Part shown: one piece after another, positions 1-10,600 of the stretch
How positions within the stretch are numbered: position 1 is the stretch's first letter
Layout: the number at the start of each line of letters is the position of its first letter
Assembly: GCA_965240325.2 (NCBI GenBank)
Contig: OZ251231.1
Span: forward strand, 2,170,001 to 2,234,000
Direction: 5' to 3'
DNA from: Rebecca billardiae RCC1528
Taxonomy: Eukaryota; Protista; Haptophyta
DNA: 64,000 nt
Program-made: the position numbers and the translations under genes
Notes under the pieces: generated by a model
What the model saw: only the letters and a program-made list of their open reading frames with translations
Told to the model about the DNA's origin: nothing
Database searches by the model: none

Positions 1-1115
1 GTGCCGCGGCCGCGGCTGCCAGCCGTGCGGTGGCGTGGGGCGTGGAGGCCGTGCGCACGATGAGCGCGTGGGCGCTGATCGACTGGGCGAGCCAGCTGCT
101 CGTGCTCGCGTGCGCGCTGACGGCGCTCTGGCTGTCCGGGGGCGCGCGCGGGTCGCCGCCGCCGCGCGCGCTGCTGCACGCGCTCGCGTTCGCGTCGCTC
201 GGGCTGCTGGCGCGCGCGCTCCAGGCGATGCGCGGCTTCGAGCGGCTCGCGCACTTTGTGGACGTGCTCGCGCAGTCGTTCCGCGACATGGCACCGCTGC
301 TCTTCATCTGCGTCGCGCTCGTCTTCTTTTTCGCGCTCGCGTTCGCCGTGCAGTTCGAGCCCGTCGCGTTCGACGCGGACGACCCGTTTGCCGACGGCAT
401 GGCGGCGCTGCTCACTCGGCCGCAGTGGTTCCTGCTCGGCGCGTTCAACATGGGCATGCTCGGCGACTTCTCGGTGAGCGCGTTCGAGGAGGCGGCGTCG
501 CCAACCCTGACGACGCTGCTGTTCGTCGTGCAGATGGTCGTCCTGATGGTCGTCGCGCTCAACGCGCTGATCGCGCTGCTCGGCGACACGTACGACCGCG
601 TGACCGAGCTGCAGGACGCGTCGCGCAACAAGCAGCGCGCGCGGCTCATCCTAGAGTACTACGACCTGCTGCCGGACGCGTGGGTAGAGCACATCGAGGT
701 GGCGACGATGTGGGTGCACCGGCTCGCGCCGGTCGCGCTCATGGGCGAGGGTGACGAGGACGAGGCGCCGAGCGAGGACGAGACGTGGCGCGGCAGGCTC
801 GCCGCCATCTCGCAGCGGCTGGAGGGCAGCCTCGACAAGAAGCAGCGGGCTCTCAGCAAGCAGCTCGAGCAGACTCAACAGAGCCAGCAGAAGCTGGAGC
901 AGAAGCTGGAGCAGAGCCAGCAGAAGCTGCAGCAGGAGCTGCAGCAGAGCCACAGCAAGCTCGAGCACAAGCTCGATGCGGTGAGCGAGGCCGTCCAGGC
1001 GCTCACGAGGCACCTCGCAGCTCCGCCGGCGAGCGAGCTGTCGTCCACAAACGGTGCACGTGCTGCTGCCAAGGCGGATGATGATTCATCTGATCGCGAA
1101 GTATATGACGTATAG
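1..1115 (+). CDS. TRP/polycystin-like cation channel, C-terminal part (5' end outside the window)
   Basis: Several TM helices, a pore-like segment (MLGDF), an S6/TRP-box-like stretch ALNALIALLGDTYDRV...RARLILE, and a Gln/Leu coiled-coil tail. The frame is open from the window edge. Confidence 0.75.
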   Translation, partial: AAAAAASRAVAWGVEAVRTMSAWALIDWASQLLVLACALTALWLSGGARGSPPPRALLHALAFASLGLLARALQAMRGFERLAHFVDVLAQSFRDMAPLLFICVALVFFFALAFAVQFEPVAFDADDPFADGMAALLTRPQWFLLGAFNMGMLGDFSVSAFEEAASPTLTTLLFVVQMVVLMVVALNALIALLGDTYDRVTELQDASRNKQRARLILEYYDLLPDAWVEHIEVATMWVHRLAPVALMGEGDEDEAPSEDETWRGRLAAISQRLEGSLDKKQRALSKQLEQTQQSQQKLEQKLEQSQQKLQQELQQSHSKLEHKLDAVSEAVQALTRHLAAPPASELSSTNGARAAAKADDDSSDREVYDV

Positions 1116-1845
1116 TCTGAGGTCGTGTTGTCCAGCTGATGTCGACGCGACAATATTATTATAATATATATATTATAATAAAATAATTCATTAACTACGA
1201 TTACGCGACACATTATTTATATATATAATTAATTGTCGCATTCTTAGCTGTGATGAATAATTCAGCTGGCAGCTGGCAGCTGAATTATTCATGCATCTGC
1301 AAATGCGACCATATAATGTCGCATTCGCAGCATGGCATACCCCCGCCCCGTTTACGTTTCCGAAACCGATCGAGTACTTAAGGTTTCGGCTGGCGGAGAC
1401 TGGCGGCCGAAGCCTCCAGCCCTACCTACCCTTGGCCAGCCCCCAACCAGTGACCACCACCCCCACCCAACCTCAAACCACTGACCGAGACACCTAGTGC
1501 CCTGACACCCCTCCACTGTGGACAGCCCGCCTCCAGAGGGGGCGGGGGTATGCCATTGCCAACAGCATACAAGCCCAACACTGCTGTGGCCTGACCACGG
1601 CCCTTGGCCTGACGGTGACCATCACCAAGGGCTACCGGAAGGTGCTGCCACTGGTGAGCGAGCACCCTTGCCGGAGTTGCCGGTTTGGTGAGCACATGCA
1701 GGTTCAAGGCCTCCTGTTACGACAGCATGCACTTTTGTATATCCCAATTCTAGTGCGTGCTATTCGTAGTCGAAGCTTTGCGTCCGCTGACGAAAGAGGG
1801 CGCCGCCGCGCGCCTGTCGACGACACGGGAAATCGCGCAGATCCC

Positions 1846-3711
1846 ATGCTTGGCGCGGCGCTCTGCGCAGCGCTGTTTCTGGCGGCGCAGGCCGAGGCGG
1901 GCGGTGATCGAACGCAAGGGATCGACCAAGCAAGCGCTTGGCTCGCCCAAGCAGGCACGACGTGGCTCAGCCAGCTGCCAGTCGAGACCAGCGCGCACTT
2001 TGGCATTCGGGCGCCGTCGGCGCCTGACGGCGTGCTCGTCCTGGCAATCGTGGAGCGCAAGCGCACGACGCGTTCAGCGTTTGTCGCGCGCGCGTTGAAC
2101 GCGTCGGCGCACGTCTCCGCCATCGAGTTCGTCGACCCCGTGCATGCCGATGATCTCGACCAGCCCTCGTGGCGCACGGCGATGGGCGATTTCACGTTTG
2201 ACGAAAGGATCAAGTGCGACGAATGGCGCGGGGTCGCCCTCGATCAAGTGGCAGGTTGGGCGACGCTGATGCGAGCGCTGGCCCAAGCATTCGCGCACAA
2301 CCGCCCGGTGGTGCTGGTGGAGCAGGACGTGCAGTTTGCGCCCGGGCACTTTCACGAGCACATCTTGAAGGGCGTTGCTGTCGTGCAGGCCTGCGCCCGC
2401 CTGCCTGCTCTGGTGGATCTCCTCTTCCTCGGCGCATGCACCGATCAGGCCACTGCACGCGCGGACGGGCCGTGCGTCGCCTCGTTGGGATCGCCGCCGC
2501 TGCAGCTCTTGAAGCACGACAAGCCGCTGTGCGCACCCAGCCGGCTCATCACCCCCCTGGGCGCAGCGCGAGTGGCCTGGGTCGCCTCCAGCTTCCTCGA
2601 GCTCTACCACGCCACGATCGCGCGCGAGGGCTTCCGCCAACCGAAACAGTGCGCCGGTCAGGACGAGTCGGAGTTCGCAACCTCATGGGAAGCATTGCGC
2701 ATGGGCGCGGACAGCCTGGTGATGGACTCCGTGCACAGCGGGCAGCTTCTGGGACTGCATGCATCGCCAGAGCTCGTGCTGCAGCCCAAGCGGCAGCACT
2801 ACAAGTCGGCGGCTGCAGCCCACGTGCGCTCGCGCGAGTGCAACGTGAACACCCCGCCATCGAGTCGGCTCCGGCAGGGGCATCTGCTCACATGCCCTGT
2901 CATGGCATCCGACCTATTCGATCGCCACCGTGCTGAGGGCCCTGGCAGCAACTTGACCTCGCTCACGCCTGTGCCGTCGAATGTGCTTGACGCACATGTC
3001 AGGGCAGTGAAGCAGTCAAAGCTCCCACCGGTCATGACGGACGGTGACCTGCGCGCATTTGTGCTCGTCGTGCTGCAGGTGCTCTCGCGGCCGGGCGCAA
3101 CCTACGTGGAGTGGGGCTCTGGTGGGAGCACCCGACTCGTGCTCAGCTTGTCCAGGGCGACTGTGTACTCCGTGGACTCCGCTGCTATTTGGCTCAGCAA
3201 GATTGGCGAGTCGCTGCCGCTGCCGCTGCTTGGGCGCTACCACCCGGCTCCGGCTGACATCGGCCAGATTGGGCCTTGGGGCAGGCCAATCACAGTGCCA
3301 GTGCCTCCGCACAAGCTGGTGAGCTACATCGGAGGGCATGGGAAGCACCTGGCAGAGGCCGACCTCGTGTTCATCGACGGCCGCTTCCGTGTGCGCTGTG
3401 CACTCGAGGCCTTCTCTGCCGCCAAGCATGGGGCCATCATCATGATGCACGACTTCTTCCTCAGGTCCGGTTACAACCTTGCGTACGCTCTGTTCACGCG
3501 GCTTGTACCAGTGCTCGACGAGCATGGGCGCATGACACTCAAGGTCATCACGCACGCCGGCATGGCCACTCCTGCACATGATCAGCTCGCCATCTTTGTG
3601 CACAAGAACCTGACTAACCTTGGTACAGCTGACTTGGCAAAAGACGTGCTCCCACTGCTCAAGACTTTCTTCGACCAGAAGGTTGACCGTCGCATCCGGC
3701 GGCTGCGCTGA
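1846..3711 (+). CDS. Secreted or membrane-anchored GT25-like glycosyltransferase fused to a class I SAM methyltransferase (Methyltransf_24-like)
   Basis: Signal-like N-terminus MLGAALCAALFLAAQA. GT25-like motifs (VVLVEQDV, DLLFLG, RLITPLGAARV). MTase motifs YVEWGSGGST, VYSVDS, DLVFIDGRFR, IMMHDF. Confidence 0.6.
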   Translation: MLGAALCAALFLAAQAEAGGDRTQGIDQASAWLAQAGTTWLSQLPVETSAHFGIRAPSAPDGVLVLAIVERKRTTRSAFVARALNASAHVSAIEFVDPVHADDLDQPSWRTAMGDFTFDERIKCDEWRGVALDQVAGWATLMRALAQAFAHNRPVVLVEQDVQFAPGHFHEHILKGVAVVQACARLPALVDLLFLGACTDQATARADGPCVASLGSPPLQLLKHDKPLCAPSRLITPLGAARVAWVASSFLELYHATIAREGFRQPKQCAGQDESEFATSWEALRMGADSLVMDSVHSGQLLGLHASPELVLQPKRQHYKSAAAAHVRSRECNVNTPPSSRLRQGHLLTCPVMASDLFDRHRAEGPGSNLTSLTPVPSNVLDAHVRAVKQSKLPPVMTDGDLRAFVLVVLQVLSRPGATYVEWGSGGSTRLVLSLSRATVYSVDSAAIWLSKIGESLPLPLLGRYHPAPADIGQIGPWGRPITVPVPPHKLVSYIGGHGKHLAEADLVFIDGRFRVRCALEAFSAAKHGAIIMMHDFFLRSGYNLAYALFTRLVPVLDEHGRMTLKVITHAGMATPAHDQLAIFVHKNLTNLGTADLAKDVLPLLKTFFDQKVDRRIRRLR

Positions 3712-3789
3712 AGAACCGCCCGTCCAAAGGCATCGGCCTGGTCCTGGTGCAATCCGTGGTGCGGGCGTCAATCTCGCCTGCCTGAGCTG

Positions 3790-3811
3790 TGTGCGTCTCT
3801 TATTCTTAGTA
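3790..3811 (+). repeat. 22-bp dispersed motif TGTGCGTCTCTTATTCTTAGTA, copy 1
   Basis: Exact match to 60661-60682. Confidence 0.8.
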
Positions 3812-5069
3812 AACTGTAGCAGCATCGCCCGTCAGCATCGCAGCCCGGACTGAGAATCTTATCATTAGCGCCACTGGCAGTGGCTCAGCCCGCGGGAGCC
3901 GCTGCGTTGAGCATACAGTAACAGTATTACTATAGCGGCGCGAAGTGCCGCGAACGGGGTATCAAAACAATTCCAGCGCATCCCCACTGGGCGGAAGTGC
4001 GGACGGGTTACGGTAACGCCGAAAATCGATTTCTTTACTGTGATGTATATATATATATATATGTATATATATAATTCTATGAACTTTAAAGACACAGGCA
4101 CGATCGCGGGCACGGCTCTCCTGATTCGTCTGTCGAAGTACTGATTGGAGACGGGGGATGTGAGCGCGTTGGCCGCGGGTGAGGTAGTCGTCGCCGACGC
4201 TGATCACACGCGGAGGCAGTAGGTGCCCAGGGATGCCGCTGTAGCCTATTTGCAGTCGTCGCCGGCCTTGGTCATCATGTAGTTGCACACGTCGACGGTC
4301 CGAGGCCGTGTTCGAGTAGTGATGCGCCGTGGTGCAGTTAGTGGATGGGGTCGCCCTGGCCGGTGTGCGCGGCCTTGGTCTTGCCGAGTTGCGAAAGTAG
4401 TCGCCCTTGCCGTTGAGGAAATCGTCGCCCTGGCCGTTGCTAAGGAAGTCGTCGCCCTGGCCGGCTGAGGGTGCCTGCGCTGCCCAACCGGGCGCGTCTG
4501 GCGCGCCAGCGCCGCGCGCGGCTCTACGCCAGCGACGGCGGCACGGCGGCAGCCAGATCACGGGGGGGGGGTCGCCGGGGGGCGTGGACTAGTAATAGTA
4601 CGACTGAAAATCACTGCGGCGCGAGCTGGGCATGCGCTGCCTGCGTGGCCAGGCCAAGATGCTCATCGCCCGCGCGCGCATGGCGCACGTGCGCCCGGGG
4701 GCACGCGCCCGCGGGGGCGCTGCATACGACGACTACTTCGAGACGACGGCTGACGACGCGTGGCACCGTGACCACCGCGGTGGCGCGTGCGCGTCGACGC
4801 CAGACGGTGCGTCGAGCTTCCGCTCGGCGATGGAGTGATGGGCGACTACGAGGGGGGGGGGACGACGGCGAGGAGCGCTGATCCTGGTGTTTGTCTCTGC
4901 TGCTCGATCTGATGCTGCTACAGCTTGCTGACTTTGACGCCTGCCCGTTGCATACCACGTCGTTAATATAGTTACTCCAAATCGTGCAGGCGCCTGCGAT
5001 TGATGCTAAAATTGAAACTCTGGTCGACGATTTACTGATGATGATTTTTGGATCGATCATTTTGCGCTG

Positions 5070-6069
5070 ATGCGCCGTGGTGTGGTCGTTGCGACCGCAC
5101 TGCTCACGATGGCCGTCGCCCTCACCGGCGATGACGACGCGCGAGCACTTGCGCAGCTCTCGAAGGAGATCTCTCGTCTGATCGACTCGGAAGAGTGGCA
5201 ATCGCTCACGACAGGGTTCGCGCACATGCTCACCAAGTTCGAGATGATCGAGGCCGTGGGTGCACCGCCGCTCGTCGTGCTGCCGCTCGGCACGCTCGCG
5301 CGCCTCGGCCGCATCCCACACTCTGCCGAGCGGCTCACGGTGCCTGCCGCCGAAATCTTTCGGAGGCACCGCGAGGCGGGTGAGAAATTCACCACCTTCA
5401 TCTTCAGCCACCGCTGGCTCAGGCCAGCCGAGGGCAAGCCCGACGACGAGGAAAACACGAAGGCGCATGCGCTCGCCGCCTTTGCCAGCTGGTACAAGCA
5501 GCAGTCACAGCTCGCAGAGGTGTACCTGTGGTGCGCACGCGCGCGCTCAGCCTCCGCCGCGAGCAGGCCGCCGCGTCGCCTCATCTCACCCGGCTCGGCG
5601 CGGCGCCCGCCCGCCTGCCCGCCCGCCCCGCAGGGTGGACTACTGCTCGATGGACCAGTCCAACCCGGGCCCTGGCGTGATGAGTCTGCCCCTGTACGTC
5701 GCCACCTGCCGGTACACTGTGTGCTTCGAGACGCCGGACTACGAGCGGCGGGCATGGTGCATGGTGGAGCGGCTGGTAGCATACGCCTTCCAGACTGGCG
5801 GGGCCTCGCCCTTCGTGATTGACGGCGCCTTCGACGACAGCGGCCGAGGCGCGCGCCCTGCGTACGTCGCGCGGCTGCTGCGAGACCCGTCACGTGGCGA
5901 GCTCACGGTCGAGGCAGACCGCGCGGCCATCGACGCGCTTGTGGCCATCGTGAGGGGTTCGAGGGCGTGGCGCTCGGGCTCGCGGGCCATTGACTTTGGG
6001 CGCACGCAGCTGCAGGTGCAGTCGTTCAGTAAGGGCGCCAAAGGCCAAGCGGCATTGGACTCGTCGTAA
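5070..6069 (+). CDS. HET/TIR-like domain protein (one intron, 5531-5633)
   Basis: The spliced product reads FIFSHRW...PDD...YLWVDYCSMDQ...SLPLYVATC...YERRAWCMVE, the HET (PF06985-like)/TIR-like motif series. The GT..CAG intron restores the frame. Confidence 0.65.
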
Positions 6070-6627
6070 GTGTGTGCCGTCACGCCCTCGGGCTCGGCGG
6101 CGTCACAGCTAGCAGTGATCGCAGTGCCGGCGCGCCCGCCAGCGCCGTACTTCCGTAGCGTAAGCGGTGCCAGCACAGTCGTCGCACGGCGGCGGCGCGG
6201 CGGCACGCACAGCTTAGCAGTTGTCATCGTAGTTTATATATTAATATTCATCAATATATATATATATATAATTTAACTGCATTTGAACCGCGCAGTCGGC
6301 AGTAGTCGCTATTAATAGCTTATGATTAAATTCGGACGACCTCGCGCCGTCGGGCCCGTCGGCTGATGACTGATGAGCGGTAACACATGACGAGTATCAT
6401 CGCGTCATGGTGTGAGACCGCGACTGCGCTTTGGAGGCAAGACTGAGACGACGGCCCTGCACATTCGCAGCGGCCCGGACCACTCAGCGGCTGCTGCGGC
6501 ACGCCGGCCAGCACCGCCTGTTTCTCGAGGTCTGATTCACGCAATCGTCGCCCTGCGCATACTACGCGTCAAGTCGGCGCTGGCCAGGAAGCGTGGGAGG
6601 CGCGAGCCGCGGGCTGCCGCCGGCCCG

Positions 6628-7068
6628 TCACTGCGGGATCGGTCCGGCCGAGTCCGGGTCAACGAAGCCGCCGAGCAGCGGGAAGAAGGCGACCGCGAGG
6701 CACGCGACCAGGATGAGCGGGAACAGCAGGTTGAGCGTGAGCTCGAAGCCGTCGAGCTTGCCCGGGACGAGGCCACCGAGGGTGGCCGCCTTCTGCTCCT
6801 CCTCCGTCGCCTCCCAGCTCTTCATCTTCTCCTCAAGGCTAGGGGGGCCGGGCTGTGGCGCATCGGCTGGGCCGGCGCCCGCCGGCTCGTCGTCCGCGTC
6901 ACCGGCCAGCCGCAGCGCGGGCGGGAGGCCGCGCGCCGCGCGCAGGCCCACCAGCGGGCGCCCCCAAGCGCCTGCGAGCGGCGCCCCGTGCCACGCGCCG
7001 CATGGCCCGGCGAGGAGCGCGGCGACGGCGAGGAGAACTCGCGCCAAGCCGACCGCCATCGCTCTCAA
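6628..7068 (-). CDS. Small membrane protein with signal/bipartite targeting peptide, probably plastid, function unknown
   Basis: 146-aa ORF with a hydrophobic N-terminus, an Ala/Arg-rich transit-like region, the segment SLEEKMKSWEATEEE and a C-terminal TM helix. Confidence 0.6.
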   Translation of the reverse strand: MRAMAVGLARVLLAVAALLAGPCGAWHGAPLAGAWGRPLVGLRAARGLPPALRLAGDADDEPAGAGPADAPQPGPPSLEEKMKSWEATEEEQKAATLGGLVPGKLDGFELTLNLLFPLILVACLAVAFFPLLGGFVDPDSAGPIPQ

Positions 7069-7089
7069 TGATTGATGCTGAGCGGTGGT

Positions 7090-7266
7090 CCGTCACTGCG
7101 GGAAGACGCTAGCAGCGGGAAGAAGGCGACCGCGCTGGTGGCGAGGCTAAGGCGCGACCAGGATGAGCGGGAACAGCAGGTTGAGCGTGAGCTCGAAGCC
7201 GTCGAGCTTGCCCGGGACGAGGCCACCGAGGGTGGCCGCCTTCTGCTCCTCCTCCGTCGCCTCCAG
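7090..7266 (-). repeat. Degenerate partial duplicate of the 3' half of the 6628-7068 gene
   Basis: Near-identical to about 6625-6817, apart from a deletion and small insertions. Confidence 0.9.
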
Positions 7267-7685
7267 ACCCGCGCCCGGATGGCGCGATCGGCGATGGCCG
7301 ATGCGGGGCGCCGATGGCAGGTTTTGTCAGGGGCGCGCCGTGTGACGGTCACGGAGCCCGCCGGCCTGGGCCTCGGCCGCAACCCGCCAGCAGCGGCCTC
7401 CCAGACCCAGCCTGAGTCCCACCCGTGGCGCACGCCGCGCACGGCAGCCAGCCGCACCGCGCCTGTGCCCGGCCGAGGCGCGGCGGCGCCGAGCCGACCG
7501 GCGACCGGCCGCAGCCGGCGCACGCGCCGAGCCGCATTGTGCGTTGTCATCACGGCTCATCGCCACCGATGCGGCGGCCGAGTAGCTCGGAGCAGCTCCG
7601 ACTGCTCGGAGCTGCTCCGACTGCGCTCGGTGCTGCTGCGAGTGCTACCGGGACAGACGACTCGTCATCATTCTCTTTACAGAGT

Positions 7686-10600
7686 TCAGTCATACAGCTG
7701 GCGGTACGAGCGCGCGCCGCCACCGGCGCGGCCTGGCCCGGACGGCGAGGGCGCGAACGCACCGATCGTGTCGCGCGCCGCCTGGCACGCGGCCCCGACG
7801 GGCGGCACCTTCATCAGCTGGCGCTCGCCGATCTCGCGGTCGAGGCGGCGGCGCACGAGCTCGTCCGAGTTGGTCACGGGCGGCGGCGAGCGCAGGTAGG
7901 GCACGGCAGACGGCTCGCTCATCACGAGCTCGAGCAGCGAGGGGCGGCCATGGGCGGAGGCGCGGCCCGCGCTCTCGGACGGCAGCGCGCAGCGCGGCGG
8001 CGGCGCGTGCGCGCGCAGCCGCGCCGCGTGCGCGCTCTGTCGCTCCGCGCCGACGGCCGAGGCGACGGCCGCCGCGAGCTCGGCGTCGGCGTCGGCGGCG
8101 TCGGTGGTGCGAGCGCGGCGCACGCCCGGCGGCGGCGCCGTCGCGCGCTCGGCGCGCGTCACGCCCGCCAGCGCCGCCTTGGCCGCGCTCGAGCTCGGCG
8201 GCGCGCCGGCGTCGACAGCCGAGCAGCTGTGGAGGCAGCGCCGCTGCTGCTCGCGCGACGGCGCCGCACCGCCGCCCTCGGCGAAGCCGTTGAGCTGCCG
8301 CTGGGTGTCCGCGCAGCAGAGCGAGGCCGCGCGCGCGCGATCAGGGGACCCGGTGCCCGCTCTGTGCCCGCCGCTCTGAGCGCGCCCCGCGGGCGGCGGC
8401 GGCAGCGGGGACGACAGCCGGCGGTGCTGCGGCGGCGGCGCTGCTGCCGCGCGCGCAGCCGCGGCGGCGGACGAGGAGGAGGAGAAGGAGGAGGCGCGCA
8501 CGGGCGACTGCACGCGCCGCGCCGCGTCTGCGGTGCGCACCGCGTCGCGCGCGACGAGCGGAGCTGCGTCCGCGCGCCCGCAGCTGCGTAGCGCGAGCGG
8601 CGCGCCGTCCGCGGCCGTGCCCTCGCCCGCGTCCTCCGAGTCTGTCGCCACGCGCTCCCAGCCCTCGGTCTGCAGGTCGTACTGCCACGCGTCGTGCAGC
8701 CACTTGGCGCGCGCGCCGTAGCCGCCGTACAGCAGCAGCCGCGCGCCGACGAGCGTGCACACGTGGTGCGCGCGCGGCGGCGGCCACGGCGCGCCCGGCT
8801 CGCTCCGCGCCTTGAGGTCGAGCCACGTGCCCGAGTCGGTGCCGAAGAGGTGGAACGCGTCGGTCGGCGCGGACACGCCGCCCGCGCCCTCCGCCATCCC
8901 GCCGAAGACGAAGAGCTTGTACCCGACGGCGGTGACGGACTGCCCCGGCCGAGAGACGACGTCGCGGTGCACCGAGCTCACGGTCGAGAGCCGGCGGCGC
9001 AGCTTCTGCCGGAGTGCCTTCTTCCACGCGCGCTGCAGGTAGCGCACCGCCGTCTGCCGCGTGGACGCCTGCATGCCGCGCCGGTCGCGCTGCACCGTGT
9101 TGAGCCAGCGGCGCGTGAGCCGCACGCGCGCGGCCGCGGGGCCCTCGGCCGCGCCCTCGGCCGCGCCGCGCGCCGCGCCGCCGGCGCGCGCCGGCGCGCA
9201 CGGCGCGCCCGGCGTGACGGTGAAGTTCCGAAGCATCGACGCGCCGGAGGACTCCGACTCGTCGGCCGGCACAGCGCAGCCGTGCCACCCGCCGGCGCCG
9301 CCGGCGCCGCCGGCCACGCCGCCGCCCCCCGCTTGCTCGTCCGCCGCCAGCAGCTCGTACCCGCCCAGGGCGGCCTTGTACAGCGCCTCTGCCTCCGCCT
9401 GCGCGCCCTGCCTGTGCTCGAGCGCAGCGAGCTTGCACCGCACGTTGCACAGCCTCGAGAGCAGCTGCCGCTCCACCGGCCGGAGGCGCGCGCCGCCGCT
9501 CGCCGCCGCCGCCGCCGCCGCCACCGCCGCCTCCGGGATGGTCTGCGGCAGCGCGCCGCGCAGCGCGCCGCCGCCCGCGCGCTCGGCCTCGGCGAGCGCG
9601 GAGATGGCCAGCTCGTACATGCGCACCGCGTGCCTATAGCTGAACGCCGCGAGCGCGCGCGCGCTCACGTCGCCGCGCGGCAGCGCGTCGATCATCCGCG
9701 TGTCGCCGAACACCTCGGTCAGCTCGGCGAGCGCGGTCGCGAGGCGGTGGTCGCAGCGCGGCGGCTCGGCGGCGGCGCTCGCCTCGTGCTCGAGCGAGAG
9801 CAGCACGGCGCGCACGAGCTTGGCCGGCGGCATGATCTGGCCGCGCGTCGGGTCGCTCGCCGCCGCGGCCGGGGGCACGCTCAGCTCGTCGCCCGCGGGC
9901 ATCGCGCCGATGCCGCCGTCCGCGCCCACGCGCACGCGCAGATCCCAGCTGAGCGCGAGCCGCTTCAGCTTGGCCAGGCTGCCGAGCGCCTGCGTCACGA
10001 GGAAGTTGCGCTTCATCGAGCCGAGCTCGAGCGGCGCGATCGTGCGCACAAACCCGCGCGCCGCCTTCTCGTAGAGCGCCGCCGCCTCGTAAGCGCTCAG
10101 CGCCGCGCGCTGCGCGACGTGCGCGCGCGCGGCCGAGTGCAGGTGGCGCGCGCAGCTCGGGGCTGCGCACTGCTCGGCGGGCGGCGCGCCGCCCGGCCCG
10201 CAGCCCGCGCTCGCCGAGCGCTCGATCGCGGTGGGCGCGAAGCTCACGCTCTGCGAGGCCGCGCCCGGGCGGTCACCGCCGGACGCGCGCCCGGCCGAGC
10301 GCCTGCCGCTCCGGCCTGAGGCGTCCGCCGCGCCCGGCGACGGCGGCGGCGTGGCGCGCGCGGCGGCGGCGCGCGCGGCGGCGGCGCTCGCGGCCGCGGC
10401 CGCGCCGCTCAGCTGCAGCGCCGCGCTCGCGAGCGCGATCAGCCGCTCGGCCTCCTCCGCCGCGCGGTCGGCGAGCACGTCGGCCGCCGCCGCATACAGC
10501 CCGAGGTCGCGCGCCTCGTGTGCGTGCCGGATCGCGCGGCGCAGCGTGGCCGAGTCCGCCTCCTGCAGCAGCCGCGCGGCGGAGATGCTCTGGACGCTCG

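Noticed and set aside
3925-4035. Hairpin CGGCGC-GAA-GTGCCG and neighbouring sequence as an ncRNA or Helitron end
   Set aside because: No recognisable RNA family features and no correctly spaced CTRR terminus.
4632-4838. Short coding-like ORF (…YDDYFETTADD…)
   Set aside because: Too short and without motifs or a clear gene structure; may be a gene relic but cannot be supported.
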